Part shown: piece by piece, positions 38,680 to 47,802 of the stretch
How the letters are laid out: the number at the start of each line of letters is the position of its first letter
Numbering within the stretch: position 1 is the first letter of the stretch
Source: a bacterium
GTDB taxonomy: Bacteria > Patescibacteriota > Microgenomatia > Daviesbacterales > UBA10151
Length of the DNA: 64,000 nt
Assembly (NCBI GenBank): GCA_021786315.1
Contig: JAJYNN010000003.1
Coordinates: 3,360 to 67,359, forward strand
Direction: 5' to 3'
Translations under genes and position numbers: made by a program
The notes under the pieces: model-generated
The model's input: the letters and a program-made list of their open reading frames with translations, nothing else
Databases searched by the model: none
What the model was told of the DNA's origin: nothing

Positions 38680-38970
38680 CTACTCACTTTTGCCAAAAAT
38701 CCAGGGGGTATTGGTTTTAATCTTTTTATCTCCTCTTTCCTTATCCAAAATCTTTTGTAATTTACCTCTTTCAGTCATTCTGGCCACCCGGACAACCGTA
38801 TCCGTACCTACTTTTACTTCCTCGGCAATTTTTCGGATAGTTAGCCCTTCCTCAAGAAGCTGAATAATTTGCCAGCGGTTTTTTAACATCCGGATCTCAG
38901 AGGCAGTAAGAAGCTCTTTTAAGATTGGATCCGGAATATCAGTGGAAACACTTGTTTTAGGCTTAGACGT
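38680..38970 (-). CDS. TrpR-like YerC/YecD family protein (start uncertain)
   Basis: LLTASEIRMLKNRWQI..LL.EG.T.R.IA....VGT.TV.RV; the family-like segment extends upstream of the first ATG at 38889. Confidence 0.75.
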   Translation of the reverse strand, partial: TSKPKTSVSTDIPDPILKELLTASEIRMLKNRWQIIQLLEEGLTIRKIAEEVKVGTDTVVRVARMTERGKLQKILDKERGDKKIKTNTPWIFGKSE

Positions 38971-39016
38971 ATGGATACATCATATACAGAGAAGAGTAGA
39001 GAAGTCAAGAAAAAAT

Positions 39017-39289
39017 TTACTTGATTTTTCTCTTGAGGGTTTTGCCGGCGGTAAAACCCGGAGTTTTCTTGGAAGGGATCTGGATAATTGCTCCGGTTTG
39101 GGGATTCCTTCCCCTTCTGGCAGCCCGGGAACGGATCAAAAATGTCCCGAATCCGGAGATAACCACTTTTTCCCCCCGGGTTAAGGCATCGCTGATTAAA
39201 TTAAAGGTGGCATTGACCGCATCATCAGAAGCGCTTTTAGTTAACGAGGCTTTCTTGGCAACTTTTTCTACAAGTTCGTTTTTGGTCAT
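39017..39289 (-). CDS. hup: DNA-binding protein HU
   Basis: MTKNEL..., GFGTF, RAARRGRNPQTG, PGFTAGK. Confidence 0.95.
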   Translation of the reverse strand: MTKNELVEKVAKKASLTKSASDDAVNATFNLISDALTRGEKVVISGFGTFLIRSRAARRGRNPQTGAIIQIPSKKTPGFTAGKTLKRKIK

Positions 39290-39383
39290 TTCATATCTCC
39301 AATCAATGTTCTTAAGTCAGGGTAAGTTGACTTTAGCAAATAATTAGCTTGTTGTAAAGATATATCCGGATTAAAATGGCCTT

Positions 39384-40532
39384 ATGTCCAAAACTTTCTT
39401 TTTTGTTTTCCCGTTCTTTATTTTGGTAACCGCTCAATTTGTTTTCAGTATTTTTAAGGTTTTACATGCACCAGCCCAGGATTTTGAAGTTTTCTATTTA
39501 TCAGGCAAACAATTTTTATTGTCCCAAAATCCCTATTTGCTGCTCGGGAAAGATATTGTCAGAAATCCTCCGCCGGCACTTTTTCTTTTTGGCCTCTTCT
39601 CTTTTGCCCCGCTAATTGCAAGCCAGGCAGCTTGGGCTATCTTTTCCCTGGGAACTTTCTTTTATTCTTCCTTATATTTTCAAAAAATTATCGGAAAAGT
39701 AAGCTTAGTCCAAACTTTAGGTTTTTTATCATTAGTCTTTTTATTTTTCCCTTTCAGATACAACCTCGGTTCCGGTCAAGTTAATAACCTTTTGTTAATG
39801 CTTCTGACACTCACTTTTTATTTCCTTTGGAAAAAAGAGAATTGGAAAGCGGGGATCTTGCTTGCCCTGGCCATTTCCCTAAAATTTACCCCGTTATTTT
39901 TGCTCTTACCGCTACTGCTAAGAAAACAGATTAAACCACTTATAACCACCATTGTTAGTTTAATCTCTTTAGCCTTATTCACTTTCCTATTTAAGGGCGG
40001 ATCTGTCTTTACCCAGTATCAAAAAGTATCCTCTTCTTTCTTTGATTTCCATATTTCTTCTTATTACAACCAGTCGTTAACAGGATTATTAGCCAGACTT
40101 CAGCTTTCACCCCAATTATCACAACAAATATTATATGTATCGCTATTTTTATTCCTGATTATTTTTGGGATATTCTGCTACAAGTTAAAAAAAAGGGGAT
40201 TAGCGGGAGAACTCATTATATGGAACAGTAGTATCTTAACAATGCTCATCTTCGCTCCTTTTGCCTGGCAATACCATTTTGTAATTACTATATTCCCCCT
40301 GGTAACAACCTTCTATTTAATCTCAAAAACAAAAATTTATAATAAGGTATTCCTTTTTCTAACCTTAGGAGCCAGTTACCTTCTTCTTGCTTTAAATATC
40401 CAGTCCTTGTCTTTTAGCCATATTTACCTGTCTGCAATAGTTCTTTCCAACCAACTCTGGGGATCAATATTACTGCTAGTATTAAATATTTATCTGGGAA
40501 GCAGGGTATTAAAGATAAATTTTACCCGCTAA
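39384..40532 (+). CDS. GT87/DUF2029-type polytopic glycosyltransferase
   Basis: DF.VFY, NPPPA, GQVN, SLKFTP, NQSL, P.AWQYH. Confidence 0.82.
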   Translation: MSKTFFFVFPFFILVTAQFVFSIFKVLHAPAQDFEVFYLSGKQFLLSQNPYLLLGKDIVRNPPPALFLFGLFSFAPLIASQAAWAIFSLGTFFYSSLYFQKIIGKVSLVQTLGFLSLVFLFFPFRYNLGSGQVNNLLLMLLTLTFYFLWKKENWKAGILLALAISLKFTPLFLLLPLLLRKQIKPLITTIVSLISLALFTFLFKGGSVFTQYQKVSSSFFDFHISSYYNQSLTGLLARLQLSPQLSQQILYVSLFLFLIIFGIFCYKLKKRGLAGELIIWNSSILTMLIFAPFAWQYHFVITIFPLVTTFYLISKTKIYNKVFLFLTLGASYLLLALNIQSLSFSHIYLSAIVLSNQLWGSILLLVLNIYLGSRVLKINFTR

Positions 40533-41871
40533 TGGAATAATCTACGGCGCGGACTTCACGGATCGCGGTAACTTTCACCTGTCCGGGAACCATCACTTCT
40601 TTGGAAATCTTTTCCGCAATGTCGTGGGTCAATTTTGGCAATTCATCATCAGAAACTTTCTCCGGAAAAACAATAACCCGGACTTCCCGTCCCGCTTCCA
40701 CCGCAAAAGCTTTTTCCACCCCTTCAAAACTTGTAGCAATCTTCTCAATATCAGCAATCCTCTTAATGTAACCTTCAACATCTCCCCGTCTGGCACCCGG
40801 CCGGGCACCGGAAATAGCGTCAGCGATGTAACAAATGATGGAATTGACGGATGAGAATGGCTTATCTTCGTGGTGTTCGGCAATACAGTTGACTACCTCT
40901 TCCGGAAGTCCAAATTTCTTGGCAACTGCCACACCTTTATCAACATGGGTTCCCTCATCATCCGGCGCCGCCACTTTACCGATATCGTGAAGCAGACAAC
41001 CAAGTCTGACTACATTAACATTGGCTCCCAGTTCCTTGGCCAAAGCAATACCAATCTTGGTTTCCTCTAAAGTATGCTGGATCATGTTTTGACCATAAGA
41101 ATAGCGGTATTTAAATCTTCCCAAAAGGGAAACCAGTTCCCGGGGTAAGTTATAAACTCCAACTTCGTGGGCCAATTGTTCCCCAGCCTGAAACATTATC
41201 TTTTCCACATCTTCCTGGGTGTGACGGACAACTTCCTCAATTCTTTCGGGTTGAATCCTACCGTCCTGCATTAGTTTTTCCAAAGAAATGCGGGCAATTT
41301 CCCGGCGGACCGGGTCAAAAGAAGACAAGATCAAAACTCCCGGAGTTTCATCCATTAAGACATCAACACCGGTAGCGGACTCAAAAGCCCGGATGTTTCT
41401 TCCCTCTTTGCCGATAATCCTTCCCTTCATTTCTTCATCAGGAAGTTTAACTTGGGAAGTGGTAAATTCGGAAACATAATCGGTCACTCCGTGAAGCATG
41501 GTTTCAGCCAAAATTTCCCGGGCTTTTTCATCGGATTGGAGTTTAATTTCCTCTTCGGCTTCTTTAACCTTTTTGGAAATTTCTGATGCCAAATCTTTTT
41601 CGACATTTTCTATCAGGATCTTTTTGGCATCCTCGGCAGACAAGGAGGTGGTCTTTTCTAACTTGGCCACTAAATCCTGACGGGTTTTTTCTAAAATTGC
41701 CAGCTTATCGTCTAAGGCTTTGAGCTTTTCGTTAATTAACTTTTCCCGCTCTTCTAAAGCACCTTCCCTTTTGGCCAAATCCGCTTCCCTTTGGGAAAAA
41801 TTGGCAGAGGAATTTCCCCCCTTAGAGTTATCAGATTGGTTAAATTGTGAAGAACCAAAACTTTTTTGCAT
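40522..41871 (-). CDS. rny: Ribonuclease Y
   Basis: KH motif KGRIIGKEGRNIR, SYGQN...H, LLHDIGK, ADAISGARPGAR. Confidence 0.95.
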   Translation of the reverse strand: MQKSFGSSQFNQSDNSKGGNSSANFSQREADLAKREGALEEREKLINEKLKALDDKLAILEKTRQDLVAKLEKTTSLSAEDAKKILIENVEKDLASEISKKVKEAEEEIKLQSDEKAREILAETMLHGVTDYVSEFTTSQVKLPDEEMKGRIIGKEGRNIRAFESATGVDVLMDETPGVLILSSFDPVRREIARISLEKLMQDGRIQPERIEEVVRHTQEDVEKIMFQAGEQLAHEVGVYNLPRELVSLLGRFKYRYSYGQNMIQHTLEETKIGIALAKELGANVNVVRLGCLLHDIGKVAAPDDEGTHVDKGVAVAKKFGLPEEVVNCIAEHHEDKPFSSVNSIICYIADAISGARPGARRGDVEGYIKRIADIEKIATSFEGVEKAFAVEAGREVRVIVFPEKVSDDELPKLTHDIAEKISKEVMVPGQVKVTAIREVRAVDYSISG

Positions 41872-42101
41872 AGTAAAAATTTAGAGGCCAGAAAGGTTAA
41901 ACCAATTACTTGGAGATTTGGGTATTTGAATTAAGTTTTACTTTCGCAAACTTCATCATAACCTGAAAATCTTTCTGACTTCCTGATAAGTTTACCTTTT
42001 TCGTCTGAAAAAGGCAAGCTCTGCTTACCCCTTTTGAAGAATTTTTTCAACGTTGCTCATGTCATGGAAATGAAAGGTCTTTTCTGTTATATTCCAAATC
42101 T

Positions 42102-42743
42102 ATGGAGAAGCTAAGCTCAAAACCAGGTATTATTTTAGATAACGATGGTACTTTAGTTGATACAGATGAACTAATCCTTCAGTCATTCGAAAATAATTTC
42201 CGCAATCTGGGGGTAAAGTTTACCAGAGAACAGATTAGCAGTGTTCTTGGTCCATCATTAGAAACCTGCTATCGGACATTTGTTCCCGGAGCGGACATAC
42301 TCCGCTTATGTGAAACCCATATAGATTTCCAAAGGGATAATCCACATTTAATCAAAACTTATCCGGGAGTACTTGAAACCCTGGAGGAACTCCGGAAAAG
42401 GGGGTACCCTTTAGCAATTACCACAAATTGGTATGGGGGCTTTCCTGCAAGTTTAAGGATAACCGGAATTGACCAAATTGTTAAAACAGTCATTACCTGT
42501 GAAGATGTAGCAAACCCTAAACCTCATCCGGAAATGATATACAAAGCCTCATCTCTTTTGGGAATAGATCCTCAGGATGCTTATATGGCAGGTGATAGCC
42601 CTACTGATATACACGCCGCAAAAGCAGCGGGAGTCAGAAAAATTATTGGAGTTGATCATAAATATAAGAAAAGGAAGTTGTTACTTGCTACAGGTGCCCA
42701 TCAGGTAATCCATAATTTCCAAGATCTACTCGGATTAATTTAA
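42102..42743 (+). CDS. HAD-family hydrolase (PpaX/phosphoglycolate phosphatase-like)
   Basis: DNDGTLVD, KPHPE, GDSPTD. Confidence 0.88.
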   Translation: MEKLSSKPGIILDNDGTLVDTDELILQSFENNFRNLGVKFTREQISSVLGPSLETCYRTFVPGADILRLCETHIDFQRDNPHLIKTYPGVLETLEELRKRGYPLAITTNWYGGFPASLRITGIDQIVKTVITCEDVANPKPHPEMIYKASSLLGIDPQDAYMAGDSPTDIHAAKAAGVRKIIGVDHKYKKRKLLLATGAHQVIHNFQDLLGLI

Positions 42744-42796
42744 GGAAACCTTATTATCTTGACAAGGAATACTTTAGTGTTTATTATCGGCTTAAA

Positions 42797-43501
42797 GTGG
42801 CCACAGAAAAAGCAGAACCCCGAATCACCCGTAAGATGCTGCAAACTCCAACTCTTGCTCAGGCAAGAAGAGTTTTAGGTGGCAAATTACCTAGTGTTTT
42901 TGAAAAATATGATTTTCCTGCCCAAGGAATTGTTATTACAGAAGATGGTCCTAAAGTTCCTGTTTATGTGGCCAGCGATCAAGGTTTTAAGTATCCAGGT
43001 AAACAAGCCCTAAGAAAAGACATTCATCCGTCTCTTGAAGAAAAAGGGGCTTTTATCCTTGATCCATTTGCCATGTGTGGAGAATTTGTAGAGCCAAGCC
43101 TTTTCGATCAAAACCGACCATTAGTTGATCTGATAAAAGATTGGGGATGGTTTAACGATAACGTTATTCACACAGTTAATTATGGATTAGCCATTCCAAG
43201 AGCAGGTTTAGTTTTTGCAATTTGTGAAGGCGCAGTTTTAGATGATGGGATGTCGGCAGAGATAGCTTATGCGGCCACTAATTTTTGTCCGGTTGTAGCT
43301 GCAAGATCAGATTTTCACCTTAACGAAAACGTAGCAACTGGTATCAATCCCGCGGTAAGAGTTTTTGCTCATCCGAGATATCACGGAGGCAGTTATCACG
43401 AAAACCCGATAGAAGATTCAGCTTATCAATCAGCTTTCAATGCAGCTGAAAAAATCATTCAACGAATCCTTCAGAATTGGGAAATTCTTAAAAATAGTTA
43501 A
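42797..43501 (+). CDS. Nucleoside 2-deoxyribosyltransferase / N-glycosidase-like protein
   Basis: VYVAS..GF, DDGMSAEIAYA and RSDF resemble NDT-family motifs. Confidence 0.6.
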   Translation: MATEKAEPRITRKMLQTPTLAQARRVLGGKLPSVFEKYDFPAQGIVITEDGPKVPVYVASDQGFKYPGKQALRKDIHPSLEEKGAFILDPFAMCGEFVEPSLFDQNRPLVDLIKDWGWFNDNVIHTVNYGLAIPRAGLVFAICEGAVLDDGMSAEIAYAATNFCPVVAARSDFHLNENVATGINPAVRVFAHPRYHGGSYHENPIEDSAYQSAFNAAEKIIQRILQNWEILKNS

Positions 43502-44145
43502 GAGAATTTCTCCACAACAGTTTTGGAAGTTTCATAATCAAAACCTCTTCTCATAAGAAATTCCAAAGCCTTTTTTTTAAATTCCCGGCGTTCTAAATTT
43601 TTCCAACTCTTCATCTTTTTTTCTAAAGCTTTTTCAGCTAAATCTTCTTCACTTCCATCATCTTCCTTTACTACTTCCTCGATAATTTCCCGGTCAATGC
43701 CTTTTTGAAAAAGTTCTGCCTTTAAAGCCCTAACCCCTTTTTGTTTACTTTTTCTTCTTGCCTCTACCCAAGATTTAGCAAATTCTAAATCATTAATCAT
43801 TCCTTTCGCTTTGAGTCTCTCCACCAGAAGATCTATTACTAAATCAGAAATTTCCTCCCTATCCTTAAGTTTTCTTTTAAAAGATAAATTTTTTAGATAG
43901 TCTCTAGTTTCTTTTTCGGAACGTTGCCTAACAGAAAAAAGCCCGTACATCCTTTCCATTAGTTTCCCCACTTCTGATTCAAATAAAAGTTTTTCCAAAT
44001 CTTTTTGCTCAATAATTTTTCCGGGAATTATCCGATAAGAGACAATTAAATCTTCATCCGCCCCAAAGGCAAATTGACCATCTAAAAAAATGTTAAATCT
44101 TTTGGGGTTCTTTTTTTGGGGTTCGACTGAGGTAATTTTAGACAT
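43498..44145 (-). CDS. recX: Regulatory protein RecX
   Basis: RSEKE, INDLEFA..W, ELFQKGI, FLMRRGF; downstream of recA. Confidence 0.9.
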   Translation of the reverse strand: MSKITSVEPQKKNPKRFNIFLDGQFAFGADEDLIVSYRIIPGKIIEQKDLEKLLFESEVGKLMERMYGLFSVRQRSEKETRDYLKNLSFKRKLKDREEISDLVIDLLVERLKAKGMINDLEFAKSWVEARRKSKQKGVRALKAELFQKGIDREIIEEVVKEDDGSEEDLAEKALEKKMKSWKNLERREFKKKALEFLMRRGFDYETSKTVVEKFS

Positions 44146-44163
44146 AAGAACAATAATTACCAG

Positions 44164-44679
44164 TTATCCTAACAATGCTGTTTTAACTTTTAAGGCTGAG
44201 GGTGGTTCTGGTGTTGCAACTGTATTTTTCAAAAGTTCATGCATGGAAGATCTAACTCTGTTTACATTAAAACGGGAATCAATTTCTCTTACCCGGCAGT
44301 GCTGGATACAACCCTCAATAAACTTTGTCGCTTCCGGATCCTTTGCCAGATATCTTTGCTGGATTTCTTCCCAGGAAACCCCGCCTTTTTCAATTTCCGG
44401 GCATTCATCGGCAACCTGGTAATCCATAATATTTTCAACACGAAGCCTCACTTGGGAATCAGAAAAAAACCAGTCCTCGTTATTTAAAACAACACTTGCT
44501 TCCTTTCCGCAATTTGCACATTCAACTTTTCGGGAAACTAAGTCTGAAGGCGTGGGCAAAGATACTCTGACTAAGGGAAACTCGCTTTCCTGGTCTTCTT
44601 CAATTTTCCAGGTAACGCCATTATCTTCGAACCATTTTTGAAGCTCTGGATCAGCAATCTTTAATTCACTTTCTGCCAT
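44164..44679 (-). CDS. Hypothetical Cys-containing protein between recA and recX
   Basis: 171-aa ORF starting directly after the recA stop; CANC motif. Confidence 0.7.
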   Translation of the reverse strand: MAESELKIADPELQKWFEDNGVTWKIEEDQESEFPLVRVSLPTPSDLVSRKVECANCGKEASVVLNNEDWFFSDSQVRLRVENIMDYQVADECPEIEKGGVSWEEIQQRYLAKDPEATKFIEGCIQHCRVREIDSRFNVNRVRSSMHELLKNTVATPEPPSALKVKTALLG

Positions 44680-45738
44680 TTATACTGTCTCTACCAACTC
44701 TTCCTCTTCTTCCTTACCCACCACCATCTCTTTCCCTGTTGCCTGTTTATTCCAGGCATCGCGGATTTCTTTTTCCAGCTTTTCCGCCAGTTTATTGTCT
44801 TCCTTTAGGGTGGAAATGGCGGCTGCCCTTCCCTGACCCAATAGTTGTTCACCCCAGCGGATAAAGGCCCCGGACTTACTCAAAATTCCCAGTTCAATCC
44901 CCACATCCAATAACTCGCCTTCGTGGGAAATGCCATTAGAGTCCATATCAAACTCAGCAATCCGGAATGGGGGAGCGACCTTATTTTTGACAACCTTGAC
45001 CCGATGGCGGGAACCGACAACCTGGTCACCGTCCTTGATATTTTCAATCTTGCGGATATCAAGTCTCACGGAAGCGTAAAACTTTAAGGCCAACCCGCCC
45101 GGGGTGGTTTCCGGGTTGCCAAACATCACCCCGATTTTTTGGCGCAATTGGTTGGTGAATATGGCAATGGTGTTGGTGTTGGCAATTGCCCCGGTCAGTT
45201 TTCTCAAAGCCTGGGACATCAAGCGGGCCTGGACACCAATCATGGAATCACCCATTTCCCCCTCGATTTCCGCCTTGGGTACCAAAGCCGCCACTGAATC
45301 AATAACAATGACATCAATTCCCCCGGAACGGATTAAGGTCTCGGCAATTTCCAAAGCCTGCTCACCGGTGTCCGGCTGGGAAATTAACAGGTCGTCTAAA
45401 TTAACGCCTAACTTTTGTGCCCTTTGGGGGTCTAAGGCATGTTCGGCATCAATAAAGGCTGCCACGCCGCCGCGTTTTTGGGCTTCGGCAATAACATGCA
45501 AAGCCACTGTAGTTTTACCGGAAGCTTCCGGTCCGTAGATTTCAATAATCCTTCCTTTGGGAAGTCCGCCGGCACCAAGGGCCAAGTCTAAAGCAATGGA
45601 ACCGGTGGGGATAACTTCAACCGACATCTTTTCCACCCGTTCGCCAAGCCTCATTATCGAACCCGTACCGTATTGTTTTTGGATCTGCTGCATAGCAGCT
45701 AAAATTGCAGTTTTACGGGCATCGCCGTTGTCAGCCAT
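44680..45738 (-). CDS. recA: Recombinase RecA
   Basis: [34 protein letters not shown]. Confidence 0.98.
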   Translation of the reverse strand: MADNGDARKTAILAAMQQIQKQYGTGSIMRLGERVEKMSVEVIPTGSIALDLALGAGGLPKGRIIEIYGPEASGKTTVALHVIAEAQKRGGVAAFIDAEHALDPQRAQKLGVNLDDLLISQPDTGEQALEIAETLIRSGGIDVIVIDSVAALVPKAEIEGEMGDSMIGVQARLMSQALRKLTGAIANTNTIAIFTNQLRQKIGVMFGNPETTPGGLALKFYASVRLDIRKIENIKDGDQVVGSRHRVKVVKNKVAPPFRIAEFDMDSNGISHEGELLDVGIELGILSKSGAFIRWGEQLLGQGRAAAISTLKEDNKLAEKLEKEIRDAWNKQATGKEMVVGKEEEEELVETV

Positions 45739-45815
45739 ACAGCCATAGTAGAATAAAACCCGAAACTCGTCAAGTACCTATTTTGGCCTTCTTGTTCTAC
45801 CGTATGGATACATAA

Positions 45816-46325
45816 TTACAGAGAAGATGGAGTAGAGAAGATTTGAATGGTCTTAAGAATTTCCCTTTCAATGCCTTTAATTAAGTCGTACTTTTTTAAG
45901 TCCTTTTTATCCACCCAGGCATAGTCATCAAACTCCGGGGGAATCACCACTCTCCCCTTTTTATAACGGACGGCAAATTTCATACAAACCACCGGGACAT
46001 TGTCCGGGCGGACAAAGACAACACTTTCCAGATACCTGGAGTCAACAACTTCCAGCCCGCTCTCCTCTTTGGCTTCCCTCTCAATAAGTTTTTCCACCAA
46101 CCCTTCCCAATTGGGGACATCGTGGTTCATCCGGGTTATGGGGTTATTCTCCAAATCCGACCATTCCAGCTTTCCCCCGGTGACTCCCCAAAGCCCGGGA
46201 TGAGTAACCTCTTTTTTGGACCTTTGCAAAATTAAACATTTCTTTTTCCTGGGGTGATAAATAACCGAGGTAACTACGAAGTAGAATAATTTATTTTTCT
46301 TAGCTTTTTCTAAAGATATTCTCAT
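45816..46325 (-). CDS. NUDIX hydrolase
   Basis: WGVTGGKLE...REAKEESGL (Nudix box with an insertion). Confidence 0.85.
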   Translation of the reverse strand: MRISLEKAKKNKLFYFVVTSVIYHPRKKKCLILQRSKKEVTHPGLWGVTGGKLEWSDLENNPITRMNHDVPNWEGLVEKLIEREAKEESGLEVVDSRYLESVVFVRPDNVPVVCMKFAVRYKKGRVVIPPEFDDYAWVDKKDLKKYDLIKGIEREILKTIQIFSTPSSL

Positions 46326-46337
46326 ATCCTAATGGCA

Positions 46338-46395
46338 TTATAAGTCTACTGGCCTACGGCAAGATCTTGTAATTCTCGTGGTACTCGAATTATAA
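46338..46395 (-). repeat. 58-bp TTATAA-bounded intergenic element, copy 2
   Basis: Reverse complement aligns without gaps to 22671-22728. Confidence 0.85.
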
Positions 46396-46426
46396 GTACG
46401 GCTTTGATAAAATACCAGAGTAACTA

Positions 46427-46501
46427 CGGGGTGTAGTTCATCGGTAGAACGCTCGCATGGGGTGCGAGAAGCAGCAGGTTCAATTCCTGTCACCCCGACC
46501 A
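46427..46501 (+). tRNA. tRNA-Pro(GGG)
   Basis: Acceptor CGGGGTG/CACCCCG, anticodon arm CTCGC-ATGGGGT-GCGAG, T-arm GGTTCAATTCC, encoded CCA. Confidence 0.95.
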
Positions 46502-46526
46502 TTTTTATTTCTGCCCCAAATTCTAA

Positions 46527-46763
46527 ATGGGAACCGAAAAGGATATTGATGCCAGCGTTGATAGATACGGTCACGGCAGCCAAACAGTCAGGAAAAGGCA
46601 TCGTGAAAGAGAAAAACAGGTTTTTGGGATTTCCAAAAAAGCTGCCAGGTCAACCAGAAGAAAATCTAAGATAGAGGAAAACATTCCTGCAGCCCTGGAA
46701 ACAATTGAGGAAGAAATTATCCGCCCCGCACCCCTGGACACTTCTGAAGAAACCGATGAATAA
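46527..46763 (+). CDS. Small charged hypothetical protein
   Basis: 78-aa ORF after the tRNA; no motif. Confidence 0.45.
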   Translation: MGTEKDIDASVDRYGHGSQTVRKRHREREKQVFGISKKAARSTRRKSKIEENIPAALETIEEEIIRPAPLDTSEETDE

Positions 46764-46773
46764 TCCAAAACCC

Positions 46774-47355
46774 TTACGAAGTTTTTAAGTCTTCAATCCG
46801 GACAAAGCCTCCGGAATAAATTGAAGTGTTAGAATTATTTTCCGCCGGGGTTTCATTTTGTAAAAGTTTTGGCGGTTCCTTTTTGACAATCACCGTCATC
46901 TCGACTTTTTGTTTATTCTCCCCTCCTCTTTCCCTGATTTGTTCAATATCGGAAACCACCTCTGCCTTTACCAAGCCCTCTTCGGCAACCATCTGTTCCA
47001 GATGTTCCCCCGGAGTAAGCAGAGGTTTTTCCACAACTTCATAAGCCCCAACCCCCTCCTCCGTTACTGCCAGCTCCCCCACCGCTTCCTTTAAATTGTT
47101 AAACCTTTGTTTAACTTCAGCAGTTTCAATGGAATACCCATGGCCTTTTTCCAAAGCATGGGCCACTAATCTGGGCTTTAACCCGGCACTCATCAAAGCC
47201 TTCATGGTAACTTCTGCCTGTTTAGCATCCCCTTCTTTGACATCCTTCACCCACCACATCTCCACATCATATTCATCACCGGAAGGAGAAGTTGTCGCCA
47301 CATCATCAGTTTGGGTTTGGGTTACGGCAGAATTTTTCTGGTCATCATCACTCAT
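46774..47355 (-). CDS. Hypothetical acidic protein
   Basis: 193-aa ORF with ATG start, TAAAAT shortly upstream. Confidence 0.7.
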   Translation of the reverse strand: MSDDDQKNSAVTQTQTDDVATTSPSGDEYDVEMWWVKDVKEGDAKQAEVTMKALMSAGLKPRLVAHALEKGHGYSIETAEVKQRFNNLKEAVGELAVTEEGVGAYEVVEKPLLTPGEHLEQMVAEEGLVKAEVVSDIEQIRERGGENKQKVEMTVIVKKEPPKLLQNETPAENNSNTSIYSGGFVRIEDLKTS

Positions 47356-47438
47356 TCTGGATGAATTTTACTCCTATTGACCCCTTTTTCAAAGTAATAT
47401 AACAAACAAAGACTATCCCCACTCAAAAAAATTTAATG

Positions 47439-47575
47439 GGTCACTGGGAACAAGAGACCGTTAAAAATTTGACGAAGTTGCTGTCAGGGGGAACCGGAAA
47501 CTGACCGAAGGGAATTTCCGAGGGGGTGAGCCCCCGACTAGCAACAAGACAAATTTAGGTCTCGTTCCTGTGACC
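47439..47575. ncRNA. Rod-like structured non-coding element (unidentified)
   Basis: Nested complementary blocks GGTCAC/GTGACC, GGAAC/GTTCC, GAGACC/GGTCTC, AAATTTG/CAAATTT, GTTGCT/AGCAAC, GGGG/CCCC, CGGAAA/TTTCCG. Confidence 0.55.
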
Positions 47576-47632
47576 AGAGTTTTACCACGCTTTTGCGGCC
47601 AAAAGCGTGAATAAAAAAACCATATCTTTCTA

Positions 47633-47742
47633 ATTTACCGAAGGTAAACAAGATCTTGCGAAGCAAGTAGACTTATTCTTAAGGTGACGCCTAAGACCGT
47701 TAGGTCGCAAGCTCTGCTTATCTTACGCCGAGGCGTCACCTT
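47633..47742 (+). repeat. Composite cluster of intergenic hairpin repeats
   Basis: ACAAGATCTTGCGAAGCAAGTAGACTTA (47648-47675), then AAGGTGACGCCT...AGGCGTCACCTT (47681-47742) enclosing an AGACC/GGTC-AAGCT-GCTTA copy. Confidence 0.85.
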
Positions 47743-47802
47743 TTCTAGATGCAATTTTGAAGTATTTCTAATAATTTAAATCGGGTTTAGAATAATCCTC
47801 AC

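Noticed and set aside
41906-41959. uORF MMKFAKVKLNSNTQISK upstream of rny as an attenuator leader
   Set aside because: No clear codon run and no terminator before rny.
46338-46674. ORFs 46338-46601 and 46462-46674
   Set aside because: They overlap tRNA-Pro and a repeat element; spurious.
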